Assembly: GCA_965223415.1 (NCBI GenBank)
Contig: OZ245002.1
Coordinates: 2,720,001-2,784,000 of the forward strand
Source: Myxococcota bacterium
GTDB taxonomy: Bacteria > Myxococcota_A > UBA9160 > UBA6930
Length of the DNA: 64,000 nucleotides
Direction of reading: 5' to 3'
Under the pieces are notes generated by a model. The model had not been told where the DNA came from and did no database searches. It worked only from the letters and a program-made list of their open reading frames with translations. Shown piece by piece: positions 19,245-27,200 of the stretch (position 1 is its first letter; every line of letters begins with the position of its first letter). The translations under genes were made by a program, and so were the position numbers.

Positions 19245-19673
19245 ATGACCGCCCGCCTCGTTCTCGCCCTGGCTCTCGGCCTGGCTGCCGCCCCCGCCTA
19301 CGCCCAGGCCCTGCTCCCGGTGGAGCCGGCGCCGGAAGAGGCGCGCGTCTACTTCATCACCCCGTCGGACGGCGCCACGCTGAAAGGCCCGATCACGGTG
19401 CGCTTCGGGCTGGAGGGGATGGGCGTCGCGCCGGCGGGCGTCGAGAAGGCCGGAACCGGCCACCACCACCTGATCGTCGACGCGGAGCTTCCGCCCGCCG
19501 GCCTGCCGATCCCGGCGGACGAGAACCACGTCCACTTCGGCGGCGGACAGACCGAGACGAGCCTCGAGCTGGCTCCGGGGCAGCACACGCTCCAGCTCCT
19601 GGTCGGCGACGCCCGGCACGTGCCCCACGAGCCACCGATCGCCTCGAAGCGGATCACGATCACGGTGGAGTAG
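19245..19673 (+). CDS. Exported DUF4399-type protein
   Basis: Signal peptide; TGHHHLIVD, HFGGGQTE, GQHTLQL. Confidence 0.85.
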   Translation: MTARLVLALALGLAAAPAYAQALLPVEPAPEEARVYFITPSDGATLKGPITVRFGLEGMGVAPAGVEKAGTGHHHLIVDAELPPAGLPIPADENHVHFGGGQTETSLELAPGQHTLQLLVGDARHVPHEPPIASKRITITVE

Positions 19674-19705
19674 GGCCTGGCGAGACCGCTACCCTCCGGC
19701 CCTCC

Positions 19706-22700
19706 ATGAGCCAGAAGCCCTACCCGGACGTCCCCGCCCAGCCCCGCTTCCCGGAGATCGAGGAGCGGGTCCAGGCGCGTTGGCGCAAGGACGGCACCTT
19801 CGAGCGCTCGGTCGAGCAGCGGCCCGCCGGTGAGAAGGGCGCGAACGAGTACATCTTCTACGACGGCCCGCCCTTCGCGAACGGCATGCCCCATTTCGGC
19901 CACCTGCTCACGAGCTACGTGAAGGACATCGTGCCGCGCTACCAGACGCTGCGCGGTCGCCGGGTCGAGCGGCGCTTCGGCTGGGACTGCCACGGTCTGC
20001 CCGCCGAGATGGAGGCCCAGAAGGAGCTCGGAGTGTCGAGTCGCGCCGAGATCGAGGCCCACGGTGTCGACCGCTTCAACGACTACTGCCGCAGCTCCGT
20101 GCTCCGCTACACCGAGCAGTGGCAGGAGGTGATCCACCGCGCCGGGCGTTGGGTCGACTTCGGGAACGGCTACAAGACGATGGACCTCTCCTACATGGAG
20201 AGCGTCATCTGGGCCTTCAAGCGGCTCTACCAGAAGGACCTGCTCTACGAGGGCTTCAACGTCCTGCCCTACTCCTGGGCCGCCGAGACGCCGCTCTCGA
20301 ACTTCGAGACGCGCCTCGATGACGCCACCCGCGAACGCACGGATCCGGCCATCACCGTGCGCTTCGAGCTCCTGCCCGAGGGCGACGGCCGCCCGACGGA
20401 CCTGCTTGCGTGGACGACGACGCCCTGGACCCTGCCCTCGAACCTCGCACTCGCCGTGGGCCCCGAGATCGACTACGCGGTGCTGGAGCAGGAGGGGCAA
20501 CGAACCGTCCTCGCCGAGGCCCTGGTCGGGAAGTTCGAGGCGGAGCTGGGCTCCGCCGAGCGGATCGGCTCGGTGCGCGGCGCCGAGCTGGTCGGTCGTC
20601 GCTACCGCCCCCTCTTCCCGTTCTTCGCGGACACGCAGAACGCCTTCCGCGTGATCGGCGCGGACTTCGTGGAGGTCGAGGAAGGCACCGGTGTCGTGCA
20701 CCTGGCACCGGGCTTCGGCGAGGACGACCTCCAGACCTGCAAGGAGCACGACATCCCGGTCGTGGTACCGGTGGACGACCGGGGACGCTTCACCTCCGAG
20801 GTTCCGGACTACGAGGGCGTACAGGTCTTCGACGCGAACGGGCGGATCATCCGCGATCTGAAGGAGCGCGGGGTCGTCGTCCGCCACGAGAGCTACGCCC
20901 ACAACTACCCCCACTGCTGGCGGACCGACGAGCCGCTCATCTACCGGGCCATGAGCTCCTGGTTCGTGCGCGTCTCGGCGATCCGCGACCGGATGCTCGC
21001 CAACAACCAGGAGATCAACTGGATCCCCGGACACATCCGCGACGGGCTGTTCGGCAACATGCTGGCCAGCGCGCCGGATTGGGCGCTCTCTCGCAACCGC
21101 TACTGGGGCTCGCCGATCCCGGTCTGGAAGAGCGACGATCCGCGCTTCCCGCGCGTGGACGTCTACGGGAGCCTCGACGAGATCGAGGAGGACTTCGGCG
21201 TCCGCCCGGACGACCTGCACCGCCCGGGCATCGACGGCTTTGTGCGCCCGAACCCGGATGATCCGTCGGGGCGGACGATGATGCGGCGCGTGCCGGACGT
21301 GCTCGACGTGTGGTTCGACTCGGGCTCCATGCCCTTCGCGCAGGTGCACTACCCCTTCGAGAACAAGGAGTGGTTCGAGAACCACTTCCCAGCGGACTTC
21401 ATCTGCGAGTACGTCGCCCAGACCCGCGGCTGGTTCAACACCCTGATGGTGCTGGGCACGGCGCTCTTCGACCGGCCGCCCTTCAAGAACTGCATCTGCC
21501 ACGGCGTCACCCTCGATCCCGACGGCGTCAAGCAGTCGAAGCGGCTGCGCAACTACCCCGAGCCGACCATCGTCTACGACACCCACGGATCCGACGCCAT
21601 GCGCTGGTACCTCGTCGCCTCGCCGCTGCTCAAGGGGCTGGACCTCAAGGTCGAGATCGACGGCAAGCCGATCGGCGACGTGGTGCGCAACGTGCTGAAC
21701 CCGCTCTGGAGCACTTGGCACTTCTTCAGCCTGTACGCGAACGCCGACGGGCTGCGCGGGAACGCGATCACCGAGGCGGAGAACGTGCTCGACCGCTACG
21801 TGCTCGCGAAGACCCGTGATTTCGTCCTCGACGTCCAGCACGGGATGGACGCCTACGATATCCAGGGCGCCTGCCAGTCCTTCGTCGCCTTCCTCGACGC
21901 GCTCAACAACTGGTACGTGCGCCGCAGCCGGCCGCGCTTCTGGAAGGCCGAGCGCGACGCGGACAAGCAGGCGGCCTACGACACCCTGGCGACCGTGCTG
22001 TCCACGCTCTGCCGCGCGGTGAGCCCGCTCCTCCCCATGACCACCGACGAGATCTTCGCCGGCCTGGTCGGCGGCGATAGCGTCCACCTCGCGGACTGGC
22101 CCGACCCGGAGGCCCTGCCGGCCGACCCGGAGCTGGTCGCGGCCATGGATCGGGTGCGCGACGTCTGCTCGACCGCCTTCGCCATGCGCCGGAGCGAGCA
22201 GGTGCGCATCCGTCAGCCACTCCAGAGCCTGACCCTCGCCGGGCCGGACGTGGCGATGCTCGAGCCCTTCACGGAGCTGATCGCCGACGAGGTGAACGTG
22301 AAGGAGGTGAAGCTGCGGCCGGAGATCGACGCCTTCGCGACCTTCCGGCTCCAGGTGAACGCCCGCGCGGTGGGCCCGCGGCTGGGCGGCGAGACCAAGA
22401 AGGTGATCGCCGCCTCGAAGAAGGGCGAGTGGGCCGCCACCGAGGGCGGCGGTGTCGAGGTCGCGGGCCAGCGGCTGGAGGAGGGCGAGTTCACCCTGCT
22501 CCTCCAGCCCAAGGAGGACGTCGCCTGCCGGGCCCTCCAGGCGAACGACATGATCGCCGTGCTCGACTTCGAGCTGACGGACGCGCTGGTGAGTGAAGGT
22601 CATGCCCGCGACCTGGTGCGCGTGGTGCAGCAGGCGCGCCGGGAGGCCGGGCTCGAGGTGTCCGATCGAATCCGCCTCTCCCTCGCCCTCCCGGAGGTCT

Positions 22701-22864
22701 ACCGGAACGCGGCCCTGGGCTTCCGGGACTACGTGACCGAGAGCACCCTCGCCGTCGACCTGGACGTCGACGGCGCGGGCATCGGCGACGGCGCCTTCCG
22801 CCACGAGGCGAGCCTCGGCGGGGAGACCGTGCAGGTGCTCCTCACCCGGGCGGAGGCCGCGTGA
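19706..22864 (+). CDS. ileS: Isoleucine--tRNA ligase, type 2
   Basis: YDGPPFANGMPHFGH, GWDCHGLP, WTTTPWT, SRNRYWG, QTRGWF, KQSKR. Confidence 0.96.
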   Translation: MSQKPYPDVPAQPRFPEIEERVQARWRKDGTFERSVEQRPAGEKGANEYIFYDGPPFANGMPHFGHLLTSYVKDIVPRYQTLRGRRVERRFGWDCHGLPAEMEAQKELGVSSRAEIEAHGVDRFNDYCRSSVLRYTEQWQEVIHRAGRWVDFGNGYKTMDLSYMESVIWAFKRLYQKDLLYEGFNVLPYSWAAETPLSNFETRLDDATRERTDPAITVRFELLPEGDGRPTDLLAWTTTPWTLPSNLALAVGPEIDYAVLEQEGQRTVLAEALVGKFEAELGSAERIGSVRGAELVGRRYRPLFPFFADTQNAFRVIGADFVEVEEGTGVVHLAPGFGEDDLQTCKEHDIPVVVPVDDRGRFTSEVPDYEGVQVFDANGRIIRDLKERGVVVRHESYAHNYPHCWRTDEPLIYRAMSSWFVRVSAIRDRMLANNQEINWIPGHIRDGLFGNMLASAPDWALSRNRYWGSPIPVWKSDDPRFPRVDVYGSLDEIEEDFGVRPDDLHRPGIDGFVRPNPDDPSGRTMMRRVPDVLDVWFDSGSMPFAQVHYPFENKEWFENHFPADFICEYVAQTRGWFNTLMVLGTALFDRPPFKNCICHGVTLDPDGVKQSKRLRNYPEPTIVYDTHGSDAMRWYLVASPLLKGLDLKVEIDGKPIGDVVRNVLNPLWSTWHFFSLYANADGLRGNAITEAENVLDRYVLAKTRDFVLDVQHGMDAYDIQGACQSFVAFLDALNNWYVRRSRPRFWKAERDADKQAAYDTLATVLSTLCRAVSPLLPMTTDEIFAGLVGGDSVHLADWPDPEALPADPELVAAMDRVRDVCSTAFAMRRSEQVRIRQPLQSLTLAGPDVAMLEPFTELIADEVNVKEVKLRPEIDAFATFRLQVNARAVGPRLGGETKKVIAASKKGEWAATEGGGVEVAGQRLEEGEFTLLLQPKEDVACRALQANDMIAVLDFELTDALVSEGHARDLVRVVQQARREAGLEVSDRIRLSLALPEVYRNAALGFRDYVTESTLAVDLDVDGAGIGDGAFRHEASLGGETVQVLLTRAEAA

Positions 22865-23754
22865 AGGTCCGGGTCCTGGGCTCGTCCGCCGGGGGAGGCC
22901 TTCCCCAGTGGAACTGCGGCGGCAGTCACTCGGTGCGGGCGCGGGCGGGCGATCCGGACGTCCCGCCGCGCAGCCAACCCTCGATCGCCATCTCGAGCGG
23001 CGACGGCCGTTGGACGATCGTGAACGCCAGCCCGGACGTCCGCACCCAGCTCGCCGAGTTCCCGGGCCTGCACCCCCGTCCCGGCACCCGCGACATCCCC
23101 CTCGACGGCGTGGTGGTGACGAACGCCGACCTCGACCACACGATCGGCTTGCTGGTGCTCCGCGAGGCGCTCCCCCACCGCATCCTCACCGCGCCGTGGA
23201 TCCGCGACGTGCTCGTCCGGCACAACGCGGCCTTCCGCCTGCTCGAGCCCGCCTTCCACACCGTGAAGCTCGACCAGCCCTTCCCCCTCGACCGGGAGGG
23301 CCTGCTCGAAGCGAAGCTCTTCCCGGTGCCCGGCAAGGTGCCGACCTGGCTGATGGAGCTGGCGAGCAACGCGGCCGAGGCCACCCTCGGGCTCCGCGTC
23401 ACCGACAAGCGCAGCGGCAAGCGGCTCGTCTACGCGCCGGGGCTCCAGACGCTCGATTCCGGCACCCTCGCCGAGCTGGCCCAGGCGGACGTCCGCTTCG
23501 TCGACGGCACCTTCTTCACCGCCGACGAGCTGCTGGCGATGCGGCCCGGCGCACCGGACGCCTTCGCCATGGGGCACGTGCCGATCAGCGGCCCGGACGG
23601 GAGCCTGGTGCGCTACGAGGGGCTGCCGGGCCGAACCCTCTACATCCACATCAACAACACGAACCCGATCCTCGACGCCAAGTCTCCGGAGCGCGCCCAG
23701 GTGGAGGCGGCTGGCGTCGAAGTGGCCGCCGACGGCATGGAGCTCGAGCTGTGA
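22861..23754 (+). CDS. pqqB: PQQ biosynthesis protein B
   Basis: LGSSAGGGLPQWNC, NASPD, DHTIGL, MGHVPI, YIHINNTNP, DGMEL. Confidence 0.92.
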   Translation: MKVRVLGSSAGGGLPQWNCGGSHSVRARAGDPDVPPRSQPSIAISSGDGRWTIVNASPDVRTQLAEFPGLHPRPGTRDIPLDGVVVTNADLDHTIGLLVLREALPHRILTAPWIRDVLVRHNAAFRLLEPAFHTVKLDQPFPLDREGLLEAKLFPVPGKVPTWLMELASNAAEATLGLRVTDKRSGKRLVYAPGLQTLDSGTLAELAQADVRFVDGTFFTADELLAMRPGAPDAFAMGHVPISGPDGSLVRYEGLPGRTLYIHINNTNPILDAKSPERAQVEAAGVEVAADGMELEL

Positions 23755-24698
23755 GCGAAGTCGACCTGGGGACCCGCCTGCGCGGCATCCTCCACGAGCG
23801 CTACCACGATCGGCATCCCTTCAACCTGCGCATGATGGAGGGGCGGCTCTCCGAGGAGGAGCTCCAGCGCTGGGTGCGCAACCGGTACTACTACCAGACG
23901 CGCATCCCGATCAAGGACGGCCTGATCCTGACCAAGGCCGAGGATCGGGACTTCCGGCGGGGCTGGATCCGCCGCATCCACGACCACGACGGCGACGAGG
24001 CGCGGGAAGGCGGGCTCGAGCTGTGGCTGCGGTTGGCGGACGCCGTCGGCCTCGACCGCGAGGAGGTCGCCTCCCTGCGCTGTGTGCTGCCCGGCGTGCG
24101 GCGCGCCTGCGACGCCTACGTGGAGTTCGTCGCGAGCCACGATCTCCTCGAGAGCGTCGCGTCGTCGCTGACCGAGTTCGCGGCGGGGCCCTACCTCGGC
24201 CGGCGGGCCGAGGCCTTTCGCGAGCACTACCCGTGGATCGCCGAGGAGGGCCTGGCCTACTTCCTGAGCCGGACGACCCAGGCGCCGCGGGACGCCAAGG
24301 AGGGCTTCGCGTTCGTCGAGGCCCAGGCGGAGGGCGAGACCGACCGCGATCGCTGCGCCGCCGCCCTCGAACGGAAGTGCGAGATCCTCTGGGCCCTGCT
24401 CGACGGCGTGGAGTGGGGCGGGCGGGGCCCCCGACTCGCGGACCAGGGCCTCCTGCGCCCCGATCCCCAGGATCCGGAGCACAGCCTCGTGGTGCTGCCG
24501 GAGCGGGCGGTCCGGCTGGGCGGAAGCGGGCGCGCCATCCTCGACGCCTGCGACGGCACCCGTCACGTCGAGGCGGTGGCCGCCGAGCTGCGCCGTCGAC
24601 ATCCCGAAGTGGACGAGCTCGAGAGCGACGTCTTCGACTTCATCGAGGAGATGGAGAAGCTCGGCGTGCTCGAGCTCCTGCCCGTGGACGCTGCGTGA
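23751..24698 (+). CDS. pqqC: PqqC-PqqD fusion protein
   Basis: YHDRHPF, NRYYYQTRIPIKD, RIHDHDG, KCEILWALLD followed by LPERAVRL...ILDACDG (PqqD). Confidence 0.9.
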   Translation: MSEVDLGTRLRGILHERYHDRHPFNLRMMEGRLSEEELQRWVRNRYYYQTRIPIKDGLILTKAEDRDFRRGWIRRIHDHDGDEAREGGLELWLRLADAVGLDREEVASLRCVLPGVRRACDAYVEFVASHDLLESVASSLTEFAAGPYLGRRAEAFREHYPWIAEEGLAYFLSRTTQAPRDAKEGFAFVEAQAEGETDRDRCAAALERKCEILWALLDGVEWGGRGPRLADQGLLRPDPQDPEHSLVVLPERAVRLGGSGRAILDACDGTRHVEAVAAELRRRHPEVDELESDVFDFIEEMEKLGVLELLPVDAA

Positions 24699-25750
24699 GT
24701 GGGCCGCTCAACCTGGTCGCGGAGCTGACCTACCGCTGCCCCCTCCAGTGCCCCTACTGCTCGAACCCGGTCGCCCTTCGCGACTTCCCCGACGGGTTGT
24801 CCGCCGACGACTGGGGGCGGGTCTTCCGCGAGGCGGCGGCCCTCGGCTGCGTGCACGTGGGGCTCACGGGCGGCGAGCCTTCGGCGCGCGCGGACCTGCC
24901 GGAGATCGTCGGCGCCGCCGCGGCGGCGGGGCTCTACTCGCACCTGGTCACCGCAGCGCGGCCCCTCACGTCGAAGGGTCTCGAGGGGCTGGTCGCGCGC
25001 GGCCTGCGGAGCCTGCAGGTCTCGGTGCAAGATGCCGAGGCGACGCGCTCGGATCGCATCGCCGGCACGTCCTGCTTCGAGGCCAAGCTCGCCCTGTGCC
25101 GGGCCGGCCGGGAGCTCGGCCTGCCGCTCACCCTAAACGTGGTGTTGCACCGGGCGAACCTCGACCACACCCCGGCGATCATCGAGCTGGCGCGAGCACT
25201 CGACGCCGACCGTCTCGAGCTGGCGAACGCCCAGTACCAGGGCTTCGGGCTGGCGAACCGCGCCGCCCTGATGCCGGACGCGGAGCAGCTGCGCGCCGCG
25301 GCGCGGGCCGTCGCCGAGGCGCGGGAGGCGTCGCCCCGCCCGGAAATCCTCTTCGTCCTGCCCGACTACTTCCGCGAGCGCCCCAAGCCGTGCATGGGGG
25401 GCTGGGCCCGCGCCCACGTCGTGGTGACCCCGGACGGCCGGGCCCTGCCCTGCCATGGCGCCGCCGAGCTTCCCCTCGAGTTCTGGAGCGTGAGGGAGCA
25501 CCCGCTCGCCGATTGCTGGCACGACGCCCCGGGCATGAACGCCTACCGGGGAGAGGACTGGATGCGCGAGCCCTGCCGGAGCTGCGCCGACCGCGCGAAG
25601 GACTTCGGCGGCTGCCGCTGCCAGGCCTTCGCCCTGCTCGGCGACCCCGCCGCCACCGACCCGGTCTGCGCCCGCTCCCCCGACCACCACCTCATCCTGA
25701 ACGCCCACGCCGAACGCAGCATCGCAGTGAAGAAGCGGGGCCAGAGTTGA
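24695..25750 (+). CDS. pqqE: PqqA peptide cyclase (radical SAM/SPASM)
   Basis: AELTYRCPLQCPYCSNP, PKPCMGGW, DFGGCRCQA. Confidence 0.95.
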   Translation: MSGPLNLVAELTYRCPLQCPYCSNPVALRDFPDGLSADDWGRVFREAAALGCVHVGLTGGEPSARADLPEIVGAAAAAGLYSHLVTAARPLTSKGLEGLVARGLRSLQVSVQDAEATRSDRIAGTSCFEAKLALCRAGRELGLPLTLNVVLHRANLDHTPAIIELARALDADRLELANAQYQGFGLANRAALMPDAEQLRAAARAVAEAREASPRPEILFVLPDYFRERPKPCMGGWARAHVVVTPDGRALPCHGAAELPLEFWSVREHPLADCWHDAPGMNAYRGEDWMREPCRSCADRAKDFGGCRCQAFALLGDPAATDPVCARSPDHHLILNAHAERSIAVKKRGQS

Positions 25751-25803
25751 GAATTCAGTTCCCCATGGGGAACTGAATTCTCAACTCTGGCCCCGCTTCT
25801 TCA
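25728..25803. repeat. Perfect 76-bp palindrome, REP-like, copy 2
   Basis: TGAAGAAGCGGGGCCAGAGTTGAGAATTCAGTTCCCCA plus its exact reverse complement; core shared with copy 1. Confidence 0.92.
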
Positions 25804-26427
25804 TTCGCGGTCGAAGAAGGTGCGGGAGACCTCCTTGCCGTGGTCGAACTCGGCGATCTTCTTCTTGCTGCCGTTCTCCCACCATCCGATCCACTCGCCG
25901 TGGTATCGGCCGCGGTCGAACTGGCCACGGGTCTGCTGGGTGCCATCCTCGTACCAGGTCTCGGCCTTGCCGTGGCGCTGGCCGTTCTCGAAGGCCGAGC
26001 GCGCGTACAGCTGTCCGTTCTTGTGCCAGAGGGTCTGGGTGCCGTGTCGCTTGCCGGCCACGTAGTTGTCCTCGGAGGCCTTCGTCCCGTCCCGGTACCA
26101 GATGGTGTAGAGGCCGACCTTCTCGCCCTTCTCGTAGCGCCCTTCTTCCTTCGGGTTCCCGTTCGCGTGCCAGGCCTTGTACTCACCGTGGAGGATTCCC
26201 TCGGAGAACTCCGCCCGGGCACGGGGCCGGCCGTCCTCGTACCAGGAGAAGCTCGGGCCGTGCTGGGTGCCATCCGGGCGAGCGCACCAGACGGAACGCC
26301 GCGCCTGGTCGCGCTCGACCGCGGCGCCCTGCGGGCAACGCAGCGCCTGCCCCGGCTCCTCGGCGGCGGAGGGCGACCCGAGGGCGAGCCCGGCCGCGCA
26401 CGCCACGACACGCATCCCCCGCAACAT
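25801..26427 (-). CDS. Exported MORN-variant repeat (YwqK-like) protein
   Basis: Signal peptide; repeated HG...W[YH]xxG units. Confidence 0.8.
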   Translation of the reverse strand: MLRGMRVVACAAGLALGSPSAAEEPGQALRCPQGAAVERDQARRSVWCARPDGTQHGPSFSWYEDGRPRARAEFSEGILHGEYKAWHANGNPKEEGRYEKGEKVGLYTIWYRDGTKASEDNYVAGKRHGTQTLWHKNGQLYARSAFENGQRHGKAETWYEDGTQQTRGQFDRGRYHGEWIGWWENGSKKKIAEFDHGKEVSRTFFDRE

Positions 26428-26450
26428 GCCGCCAGGGTAGCAGCGCTGCC

Positions 26451-27161
26451 TCACAGGCCGGAGTAGAGCAGCAGACAGGCCTCGGCGAAGACCGGGTAGA
26501 AGATCCGGCGGATCAACAGCCACGCGACCAGCAGGCCGCCGAAAGCCAGCCCGGGCTGCGCCATCCACTCCATCAGCCGCTGGGCCCGATCTTCGCGCAC
26601 GAAGAGGTTCAGGATGCCGGCACCGTCGAGAGGCGGCACCGGAAGCAGGTTGAAGACGAAGAGCAGCAGGTTCAGGGAGAACAGCAGGGAGCAGAGCGTC
26701 GCCAGGGTCTCCCAGACGCCGGGGGCGGTGGAGACCGCGACGCTCTCGAAGGCGATCTGACCCGGTGCGAAGACACCCTGGGCGACGCCGACGCGGATGG
26801 CCACGGCGGCGAGCAGCGAGAGCAGGAGGTTCGCCGCGGGCCCGGCCAGGGCCATCCAGCCGGCCCGACGCGGATGGCCGAAGGCCCAGGTCGGGTCGTA
26901 GGGCGTGCTCGCCCACCCGATCATCCAGGGTGGGGCACCCCGCGCCACCGAGAGCCCGAAGAAGAGGATCGGCACCAGGACCGTGCCGAAGGGCTCGCGG
27001 CGGATGTGGGGCAGGGGGTCGAGGGAGACCTGCCCGCCCTGGTAGGCGGTGGGATCGCCTCCGCGGAGCGCCGCCCACGCGTGGGCCGCCTCGTGCACCG
27101 TGAGCGAGAGCAGCAGCACGAAGTACCAGATCAGTCCGAGTGCCAGCAGGTCCGGTGTCAT
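26451..27161 (-). CDS. Site-2 protease (M50)
   Basis: HEAAH, GDPT, AGPAAN, NLLPVPPLDG. Confidence 0.92.
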   Translation of the reverse strand: MTPDLLALGLIWYFVLLLSLTVHEAAHAWAALRGGDPTAYQGGQVSLDPLPHIRREPFGTVLVPILFFGLSVARGAPPWMIGWASTPYDPTWAFGHPRRAGWMALAGPAANLLLSLLAAVAIRVGVAQGVFAPGQIAFESVAVSTAPGVWETLATLCSLLFSLNLLLFVFNLLPVPPLDGAGILNLFVREDRAQRLMEWMAQPGLAFGGLLVAWLLIRRIFYPVFAEACLLLYSGL

Positions 27162-27200
27162 CCCCCACCCTCGCTCGCGCGAGCCGCTAACTTCCCGCGC

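Noticed and set aside
22600..22864. PqqA-like precursor hidden in the ileS C-terminus
   Set aside because: No PqqA-like W.xP...ExxxY context. The sequence is a normal IleRS2 tail.
25801..26427. Toxin-antitoxin module (YwqK antitoxin label)
   Set aside because: No neighbouring toxin gene. MORN-variant repeats with a signal peptide are common.
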